From contig JAZQWO010000054.1 of assembly GCA_045632405.1 (NCBI GenBank), forward strand, positions 2,291-66,290: a DNA stretch of 64,000 nucleotides, given 5' to 3'. The notes beneath the pieces were generated by a model. That model saw only the letters and a list, made by a program, of their open reading frames with translations. It ran no database searches and had not been told where the DNA came from. This DNA comes from Eubacteriales bacterium (GTDB lineage Bacteria > Bacillota > Clostridia > Oscillospirales > CAG-272). Shown piece after piece: positions 29,879 to 36,188 of this stretch (within the stretch, counting starts at the first letter, position 1; each line of letters starts with the position of its first letter). A program made the translations under genes and the position numbers.

Positions 29879-30684
29879 TGATTAAAGCCTATACTCTTTT
29901 TTCGGGCTCAACGGGTAACTGCATTTATGTAAAGAATGACAATACAGAAATTCTTATTGATGCGGGAAAAAGCTGTGGAGCTATCGAAAAGGCACTCAAC
30001 GGCTTGGGAACATCCCTTCGCCGCATAAGCTCCATTTACATCACTCACGAGCACGCGGACCACACGGCAGGACTTGAGGTTATTTCCAAAAAATTTCAAA
30101 TTCCTGTGCATTTTACCGCTCCTTCATATGAAAATCACGTGCGCGGCGGATCTTTCCTTGAAAGATTTGCAATTTTGGAAAATGTGGAATACGAGCATTC
30201 TGTCGGCTCTCTTAGCCTCTGCTCCTTTCCTATCCCTCACGACAGTGCACAAAATGTTGGCTATGTTATCTCGTCCGCTGATGATACACTGGGTATTGCC
30301 ACGGATATGGGACATTTGACCGCGGTAATAGGTGAGCGCCTTGCGGACTGCTCACGTGTGATTGTGGAGTCAAACCACGATATAAAAATGGTGGAAAACG
30401 GCCCTTATCCCGCATTTTTGAAGCAAAGAATTCTTTCGCCAAACGGACACTTATCAAACGACAAATGCGCCCAGCTTTGCGCTTATCTTTGCGACCACGG
30501 AGTCTGCGAAATTACCCTTGCCCACCTGAGTCGCGAAAACAATTTGCCCCGCTTGGCATTTGACACAGTAAAGAGCTTTTTGCGCTCCTGTGGCTTTGAC
30601 AGTGTACCCTTAAAGGTTGCCTTTGCCGACATTACCGTTGACTGCACAAACGGTGCATCATACCCTTATCCTATTATAAAGTAA
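29878..30684 (+). CDS. MBL-fold metallo-hydrolase (YycJ-like)
   Basis: Start at ATG 29878, overlapping the upstream stop (TAATG). Motif THEHADH. Confidence 0.8.
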   Translation: MIKAYTLFSGSTGNCIYVKNDNTEILIDAGKSCGAIEKALNGLGTSLRRISSIYITHEHADHTAGLEVISKKFQIPVHFTAPSYENHVRGGSFLERFAILENVEYEHSVGSLSLCSFPIPHDSAQNVGYVISSADDTLGIATDMGHLTAVIGERLADCSRVIVESNHDIKMVENGPYPAFLKQRILSPNGHLSNDKCAQLCAYLCDHGVCEITLAHLSRENNLPRLAFDTVKSFLRSCGFDSVPLKVAFADITVDCTNGASYPYPIIK

Positions 30685-30694
30685 GGATTTTAAA

Positions 30695-31423
30695 ATGACA
30701 GATTTTCAAAACAAGCTATTGTCGGTTGCTAACCGAAACAATGCCACGAAAAATTTAATAAACGAAAAGGATGCCATCACTCTTGAAAGGCTATGCAACC
30801 ATATGCTTGAGGTTAACAAGAGCCTTAACCTGACGGCCATCAAGGATGAAAACGGCGTGATTTTAAAGCACATTGTGGATTCAAGCGCTTGCTTGCCGTA
30901 CATACCCGAGGGCGCTCAGCTTTGCGACATTGGCTGCGGCGGCGGCTTTCCCACCCTTGTTATTGCCGTTTTGCGCGGGGACGTGTCTGTTTTAGGCGTT
31001 GACAGTGTTACTAAAAAAGTGAAATACGTTGGCGACACCGCCACACTTTTAGGGCTTTACAACGTGCAGGTTTCCAACGCTCGCGCAGAGGAAATGGGAC
31101 AAAGTGACAAGTACCGTCAAAGCTTTGACGTGGTTACGGCTCGTGCAGTCGGTAGGCTAAACCTAATTACCGAGCTTTGCTTGCCGCTTGTGAAGGTAGG
31201 CGGTTGCTTTCTCGCTATGAAGTCTTTGAGCACAGACGAGGAATTGACAGAGGCAAAGCGCGCCATCGAGCTTTTGGGCGGTCAAGTTGAAAGCGTCAAC
31301 AGCTATGCGCTGACAGACGGAGAGGAAGCTATTGAGCGCACAATTATTGTTATACGCAAGGTGAAAAACACTCCGCCAATGTACCCGCGCAACAACTCAC
31401 AAATTGCAAAAAAACCACTTTAA
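30695..31423 (+). CDS. rsmG: 16S rRNA (guanine527-N7)-methyltransferase
   Basis: GidB pattern: DIGCGGGFP and FDVVTARAV. Confidence 0.9.
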   Translation: MTDFQNKLLSVANRNNATKNLINEKDAITLERLCNHMLEVNKSLNLTAIKDENGVILKHIVDSSACLPYIPEGAQLCDIGCGGGFPTLVIAVLRGDVSVLGVDSVTKKVKYVGDTATLLGLYNVQVSNARAEEMGQSDKYRQSFDVVTARAVGRLNLITELCLPLVKVGGCFLAMKSLSTDEELTEAKRAIELLGGQVESVNSYALTDGEEAIERTIIVIRKVKNTPPMYPRNNSQIAKKPL

Positions 31424-31429
31424 ACAGTT

Positions 31430-31455
31430 AAAACGGGAGTTTTGCTCCCGTTTTT
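31430..31455 (+). terminator. rho-independent terminator of rsmG
   Basis: ACGGGAG-TTTTG-CTCCCGT followed by a T-run. Confidence 0.8.
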
Positions 31456-31587
31456 AGGTTGTATTGATTAAAATTAGATTGAATTTAACAAATTGTTCAC
31501 AATTGTATGGTACAATTAATTATATTTTTTCGCTTTAAAGCGTTAAAGTGTACTTTTATCTGCCCTCGGGCAAGGAAGGAGCCAACT

Positions 31588-32958
31588 ATGGCAACAGTAA
31601 AAAAAGAGCTTACCAAGCTGACCCCTCAGCTTATGTCTTATGTAGATAAATGCTCAATGAACACTACTATTGACCCTGAGCTATACACAAAATTCAATGT
31701 AAAGAGAGGCTTGCGTGACGTTGACGGTAAGGGCGTTGTGGCAGGTCTTACGGAAATTTCCGAAATCAACGCATTTTTAAATTGCGGTGAGAGCAAAATC
31801 CCCTGTGACGGTGAGCTTTACTACCGTGGCGTTAACATACAGGAGCTTGTTGGCGGCTTTTTGGCTGACGACCGCTTTGGATTTGAGGAAGCTATCTATC
31901 TTTTGCTTTTTGGTGCTTTGCCAACAAAGGAAGAGCTTTCTGACTTTGACAGCCTTTTGAAAAGATACAGGAGCTTGCCAAAGAATTTTGTCCGCGACGT
32001 GCTTATGAAGGCAAGCGGCAAGGACATGATGAACATTTTGGCGCGCAGTGTGCTCACCCTTTATGCCTTTGACGACAAGGCGGATGACACATCTATCCCT
32101 AACGTTTTGCGCCAATCATTGCAGCTTATTTCAGAATTACCGCTTTTAGCGGTTTACGCTTACAAGTGCTATGAATATTACGAAAAGAAAAAGAGCCTTG
32201 TTATTCACCAGCCTAAAAACAATTTATCTTTGGCGGAAAATATTCTTTATATGCTTCGTGATGACGGAAAATTCACTCCATTGGAAGCAAAAATCCTTGA
32301 CCTTGCTCTCGTTTTACACGCTGAGCACGGCGGCGGTAACAACTCCACATTTACAACACACGTTGTCACATCCTCAGGCACTGATACATATTCGGTAATT
32401 GCCGCATCCTTAGGCTCCTTGAAGGGTCCGCGCCACGGTGGTGCAAACGCCAAGGTTGTGGAAATGATTGACAACATAAAGAAGAATGTTAAAAACTACG
32501 GCGACGAGGAGGAAATCAAGAGCTACCTCACCAAAATACTTAACAAAGAGGTGTTTGACGGCAAGGGCTTGATTTACGGTATGGGTCACGCGGTTTACTC
32601 TCTTTCCGACCCACGTGCTATGATTTTCCGTGACTTTGTGGAAAAGCTCTCACGTGAAAAGGGCAAGGAAAAGGACTATCTCCTTTGCTCAACCATTGAG
32701 CGCGTTGCTCCTGCAGTTATTGCCAAGGAAAGAAAGATTTACAAGGGCGTTAGCGCCAACATTGACTTTTACAGTGGCTTTATTTACAATATGCTTGGCA
32801 TCCCTCGCGAGCTGTTCACCCCTATATTTGCAATTTCACGTATTGCAGGCTGGAGCGCACACCGTATGGAAGAATTGTTGCTTAACGGAAAGATTATCCG
32901 TCCTGCATATCAAAATATTTCACCAAGAGCGCCCTATACACCGCTTGAAGAAAGATAA
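31588..32958 (+). CDS. citrate synthase
   Basis: I chose the start MATVKKELT at 31588, behind a GGAAGGAG RBS. Motifs LVLHAEHGGGNNSTF, GPRHGGA and YGMGHAVY. Confidence 0.9.
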   Translation: MATVKKELTKLTPQLMSYVDKCSMNTTIDPELYTKFNVKRGLRDVDGKGVVAGLTEISEINAFLNCGESKIPCDGELYYRGVNIQELVGGFLADDRFGFEEAIYLLLFGALPTKEELSDFDSLLKRYRSLPKNFVRDVLMKASGKDMMNILARSVLTLYAFDDKADDTSIPNVLRQSLQLISELPLLAVYAYKCYEYYEKKKSLVIHQPKNNLSLAENILYMLRDDGKFTPLEAKILDLALVLHAEHGGGNNSTFTTHVVTSSGTDTYSVIAASLGSLKGPRHGGANAKVVEMIDNIKKNVKNYGDEEEIKSYLTKILNKEVFDGKGLIYGMGHAVYSLSDPRAMIFRDFVEKLSREKGKEKDYLLCSTIERVAPAVIAKERKIYKGVSANIDFYSGFIYNMLGIPRELFTPIFAISRIAGWSAHRMEELLLNGKIIRPAYQNISPRAPYTPLEER

Positions 32959-33107
32959 TACACACTCCCTCCACCGCGGATTTTGTTTTAGCTGTATTAC
33001 TTGCTCATACGTTGCGGTCCCCCTCCCTCGAAGAAGGAGGCTGGGTGTCCTGCATATCAAAATATTTCACCAAGAGCGCCCTATACACCGCTTGAAGAAA
33101 GATAATA
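32900..33107 (+). repeat. 61-nt perfect direct repeat of the citrate synthase 3' end (32900-32960 and 33047-33107) flanking an 86-nt family-2 element (32961-33046)
   Basis: Both copies were compared base by base. The element carries CCCTCCACCGCGG...CGTTGCGGTCCCCCTCCCTCGAAGAAGGAGGC. Confidence 0.85.
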
Positions 33108-33135
33108 GATACAAATTTCAAGAGCACTACACTTT

Positions 33136-33160
33136 GGCAGTCGGTAAACCGACTGCCTTT
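33136..33160 (+). terminator. terminator following the second citrate synthase 3'-end copy
   Basis: GGCAGTCGG-TAAA-CCGACTGCC followed by TTT. Confidence 0.6.
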
Positions 33161-33274
33161 GTATATTTTAACAATTTTTATATTTTGCATAAATTTTTAA
33201 ATAAAATGCTTGAATATTTATGTAATATGTGATAAACTTACTATGTAACTAAATCGAAACCCAAGGAGGGTACT

Positions 33275-34459
33275 ATGAAATTACGTAAAGTATTACTTAT
33301 TTTAGTTGTTATGGCCGCTTTGATGACGCTTTTGTCCTTCTCTGTTAGTGCAGCAAGCAATTTTAACATCACATGGGACCATGTTGAAAAATCCGAAAAA
33401 TCAACTGGCGGTGTCAACTGTTGGCATAACGATACTAAGGGCTTGCCCGGTGAGAGCGCAATGTTCGACGGCAACATCAACTCTGCTGGCAGTTGGTACT
33501 GCGGCAACGGATTTGCACTGCCAGAGGGCGAAACTGCTACCATCACCTTTATTGAGGAATTTGAAATCAACTCTGTAATTTTCTACGGTTGGTCCAACTG
33601 GAGCTACTTTGAAATCAGATTTCATGATGCAGCGGGCAACGAAACACTTCTTTTCGAAAGTGGCGGTTGGCAGGACACAACCGGTGCGGCGCACGACCTT
33701 GACATTTCCGGTATAAAGGCAAAGTCTATGACTATCAAAACCTTGGATTCCAAGGGCTTGAGAAACCATACATATACAGAGTTCATTATTAATGTTAGCC
33801 ACGAGCATTCATTTGACACATTTGTTGAGCTTATGATGCCACCAACATGCGTTCTTCCGGGTGCGGCTAAATACTCCTGCTACTGTGGTGAGGAGTCAGA
33901 AAAAAACATTGATGCAACAGGCAACCACAACATTGTTGATGACATCGTTTTCAGAAACGGCTTTGGTCAGCCCGGCTTTAAGGGCACAGTTTGCGAAACC
34001 TGCGACACCCAGGACAGCTTTGATGAAGCAAACGTTATCCCTGCTCTTTTCACTATTCTTGGCTACTCCGCAAATGAGGTGACAGGTGCTGTTCAGTTTG
34101 GCTTCGCTGTTCACTATGACGCTATTGCCATTTACAACTCACTAGCAGATGCTCCTCTTGAATTCGGTATCATCTCCACAACAAGAGCAGTTCTTGCAGA
34201 GGGCAATCCTCTCTTGCTTGGTCTTGAAGGACTTGAAAAAGCAAACGATAAGGTTGTTTTGAAGAATTGCACAAGCGAGGAATATGAAATTATCACTTAT
34301 ACCGTTTCAAAAATCCCTGAGGCTCACAGAGATACAGGCATCATCTTGTCTGCGTACATTTTCGACGGACTCGACGTTTTCTATGTAGGTGTTGACTCAT
34401 CCAAGGACGCTCAAGTAGTTACATATAACGATATTTTGAGTGCAGCTGCACAGTATTAA
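33275..34459 (+). CDS. secreted protein with a discoidin/F5-8 type C-like N-terminal domain and a C-terminal domain shared with 13171-14676
   Basis: Signal peptide. The segment ...AMFDGNINSAGSWYCGNG...ITFIEEFEINSVIFYGWSNWSYFEIRF... resembles a carbohydrate-binding jelly-roll. A Cys pair is followed by the ALFTILGYS... domain. Confidence 0.65.
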   Translation: MKLRKVLLILVVMAALMTLLSFSVSAASNFNITWDHVEKSEKSTGGVNCWHNDTKGLPGESAMFDGNINSAGSWYCGNGFALPEGETATITFIEEFEINSVIFYGWSNWSYFEIRFHDAAGNETLLFESGGWQDTTGAAHDLDISGIKAKSMTIKTLDSKGLRNHTYTEFIINVSHEHSFDTFVELMMPPTCVLPGAAKYSCYCGEESEKNIDATGNHNIVDDIVFRNGFGQPGFKGTVCETCDTQDSFDEANVIPALFTILGYSANEVTGAVQFGFAVHYDAIAIYNSLADAPLEFGIISTTRAVLAEGNPLLLGLEGLEKANDKVVLKNCTSEEYEIITYTVSKIPEAHRDTGIILSAYIFDGLDVFYVGVDSSKDAQVVTYNDILSAAAQY

Positions 34460-34470
34460 TAAAAGTAAAC

Positions 34471-34504
34471 AAAACAGGCAGAGAAAATTCTCTGCCTGTT
34501 TTTT
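34471..34504 (+). terminator. rho-independent terminator
   Basis: AAAACAGGCAGAGAAAATTCTCTGCCTGTTTTTT. Confidence 0.8.
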
Positions 34505-34528
34505 GTTATGATAAAAGGGATGCCGATA

Positions 34529-34730
34529 GCGTGATACTCTTAACGGAGTATCACGCTAACTCTATTCGCCTGCGGCGATATGATGCATTTGCTTCGCAAA
34601 TATGATGTTGCTCCACTTCGGTCGCAATGATGCGATGTTTGCCACAATGTGCCGTCAGGCACACATCATTAGGCGTAGCCGTCATCATTAGGCGTAGCCC
34701 AACATCATTTGCCGAAGGCAAACATCATCC
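34529..34730 (+). repeat. structured repeat: the 26-nt hairpin GTGATACTC-TTAACG-GAGTATCAC followed by hairpin-ladder A (word ATGATG / CATCAT)
   Basis: The hairpin at 34531-34554 is identical to the first 26 nt of the 356-nt elements. ATGATG occurs at 34580, 34602 and 34627. CATCAT occurs at 34664, 34683, 34703 and 34723. Mini-hairpins lie between the words. Confidence 0.8.
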
Positions 34731-34752
34731 AAAAAACGCGCAAACGGTGCGC
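34731..34752 (-). terminator. terminator of the 142-aa ORF
   Basis: The minus strand reads GCGCACCGTTTGCGC followed by GTTTTTT. Confidence 0.6.
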
Positions 34753-34809
34753 AAGTGTAGGTAAAAACGCAAAAAAGGTGCGTAAAGTCGGCAAGTTGGC
34801 TTTGAACTC

Positions 34810-35238
34810 TTATGTCAAATCTAGAGAAGTAAAGCCTAAAGCGTTAAGCTTCTTTTGAAAGGCATAGAACTCTGAATACTTCTTTGCATACGGATTCCAG
34901 CCGATCTTTTTCAAGAATCGTGTAAATGCCGTTTTCTTCAATGGTATGTAAAATCTTGTATGGTGAGTGGGTGTAAAGAACTCAAAGAAAGGAAAACATC
35001 TGCCGCCAATGCATTTTAATCTACCCTCTCGTTGTTCGGGCGATATGCCCTGCGCCAAATCGAAGTTTTTAGCGCATTCGTCGAGATTGATTTTTTCGGT
35101 TTCTCCATCACTGTTTTTGAAAACCAACTCTTCCGAGGTAATTTCAATAATGTTTCCAACCGGTATTTTTATTACAGTAGCTTCGTCTTCTATATGATAT
35201 GCCTCTTGAATTGATTTGTAAAATTCGTCCCAACTCAT
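34810..35238 (-). CDS. hypothetical cytoplasmic protein, no recognisable family
   Basis: 142-aa ORF with its own promoter, RBS (GGCGGTGA) and terminator. No signal peptide or TM segment. Confidence 0.6.
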   Translation of the reverse strand: MSWDEFYKSIQEAYHIEDEATVIKIPVGNIIEITSEELVFKNSDGETEKINLDECAKNFDLAQGISPEQREGRLKCIGGRCFPFFEFFTPTHHTRFYIPLKKTAFTRFLKKIGWNPYAKKYSEFYAFQKKLNALGFTSLDLT

Positions 35239-35261
35239 GTTTTCACCGCCTTTTCACCTTT

Positions 35262-35290
35262 ATTATACCACACTCTCGCAAATAAATCAA
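35262..35290 (-). promoter_or_regulatory. promoter of the 142-aa ORF
   Basis: TTGATT, 17 nt, TATAAT with a TG extension on the minus strand. The -35 overlaps the first hairpin arm of ladder B. Confidence 0.5.
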
Positions 35291-35465
35291 GGCGAAGCCT
35301 TGTATATCATCCGCAACTTGTTGCGGTATATCATCAATGCGAAGCATTGTATATCATCAAGCCGCAGGGAGATGCACGCTGGCGCGTGATGAGATACAGC
35401 CCCAAAGGGGCTGATGATATGCACCGCACGTTGTGCGGTGATGATATGCCAAGCCTGCGGCTTGG
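35288..35465. repeat. hairpin-ladder B (word TATATCATC / GATGATAT)
   Basis: TATATCATC occurs at 35303, 35327 and 35350. GATGAGATA/GATGATAT occurs at 35388, 35413 and 35440. The hairpins include CAAGGC-GAA-GCCTTG, CGCAAC-TTG-TTGCG, AATGC-GAA-GCATT, CAGCCCC-AAA-GGGGCTG and CCAAGCC-TGC-GGCTTGG. Confidence 0.8.
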
Positions 35466-35471
35466 ATAAAC

Positions 35472-35508
35472 AAAAAAGGAACTTTTGGTAAACAAAAGTT
35501 CCTTTTTT
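35472..35508. terminator. terminator behind the tRNA pair (bidirectional shape)
   Basis: AAAAAA-GGAACTTTTG-GTAAA-CAAAAGTTCC-TTTTTT. Confidence 0.75.
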
Positions 35509-35510
35509 GT

Positions 35511-35595
35511 TGGTGGGGGATGGTGGATTCGGACCACCGAAGTCAGTGACAACAGATTTACAGTCTGCCCCCTTTGGCCGCTCGGGAAATCCCCC
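35511..35595 (-). tRNA. tRNA-Tyr (anticodon GUA), long variable arm
   Basis: The reverse complement reads GGGGGATTTCCCGAGCGG...GACTGTAAATC...GGTGGTCCGAATCCACCATCCCCCACCA. Confidence 0.9.
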
Positions 35596-35610
35596 AAATG
35601 TTGCAAGATT

Positions 35611-35685
35611 TGGAGCTGGCGAACGGAGTCGAACCATCAACCTGCTGATTACAAATCAGCTGCTCTGCCATTGAGCCACGCCAGC
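35611..35685 (-). tRNA. tRNA-Thr (anticodon UGU)
   Basis: The reverse complement reads GCTGGCGTGGCTCAATGGCAGAGCAGCTGATTTGTAATCAGCAGGTTGATGGTTCGACTCCGTTCGCCAGCTCCA. Confidence 0.9.
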
Positions 35686-35706
35686 ATATTATCTTGCAAC
35701 GGTGAT

Positions 35707-35735
35707 ATTTTATCACATAAATATGAGTTTGTCAA
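35707..35735 (-). promoter_or_regulatory. promoter of the tRNA-Thr/tRNA-Tyr unit
   Basis: TTGACA, 17 nt, TAAAAT on the minus strand, about 22 nt before the tRNA 5' end. Confidence 0.55.
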
Positions 35736-35763
35736 TAGTATTTTTGAAAAAATTTTAAAATTC

Positions 35764-36126
35764 TTATTTGTTTAAAAATTCCTTTAGCTTTTGAAAGCTT
35801 TCCGCACTTATACAATGCTCTATTTTACAGCTGTCCTCGTATGCGGTTTTCTCGCTCACGCCAAGGGTCATAAGTGCCTTTGCTATGACCAGGTGGCGCT
35901 CATATACGGACATTGCAATTTCCATACCCTTTTCTGTTAGGTCAAGATACCCGTTTTCATCAACTGTAATATAGCCCTCCTCGCGGAAGTTTTTCATAGC
36001 TACGCTAACGCTTGGCTTGGATACACCAAGCTCATTTGCCACATCTATGCTTCTAACACAACCCTTTTCCTTTTTGATGGAAAAAACGGCTTCAAGATAG
36101 TTTTCAGCAGATTCCTTTATTATCAT
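35764..36126 (-). CDS. DtxR-family metal-dependent transcriptional regulator (DNA-binding plus dimerisation domains only)
   Basis: Motifs ENYLEAVFSIKKEKGCVRSIDVANELGVSKPSVSVAMKNF and ...YERHLVIAKALM... Confidence 0.8.
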   Translation of the reverse strand: MIIKESAENYLEAVFSIKKEKGCVRSIDVANELGVSKPSVSVAMKNFREEGYITVDENGYLDLTEKGMEIAMSVYERHLVIAKALMTLGVSEKTAYEDSCKIEHCISAESFQKLKEFLNK

Positions 36127-36155
36127 AGCACACCTCCGAAAGAATTACTGCTTAT

Positions 36156-36184
36156 ATTGTACCACAAATAAGCTTTTTTGTCAA
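36156..36184 (-). promoter_or_regulatory. own promoter of the DtxR-family gene
   Basis: TTGACA, 17 nt, TACAAT with a TG extension, in the 62-nt gap after copA. Confidence 0.45.
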
Positions 36185-36188
36185 ACCA

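Noticed and set aside
32630-33232. A 200-aa ORF running through the end of citrate synthase and both 61-nt repeats.
   Set aside because: It is out of frame with a well-supported gene, it is created partly by the duplication, and it has no RBS.
34500-35700. An integrated prophage or genomic island at the tRNA-Tyr/tRNA-Thr locus.
   Set aside because: There is no integrase, no duplicated tRNA 3' end and only about 1 kb of extra DNA. The locus is reported instead as a small repeat-flanked cassette.
35287-35775. ORFs of 90-117 aa overlapping ladder B and the two tRNA genes.
   Set aside because: They overlap two canonical tRNAs and a repeat. There are no translation signals.
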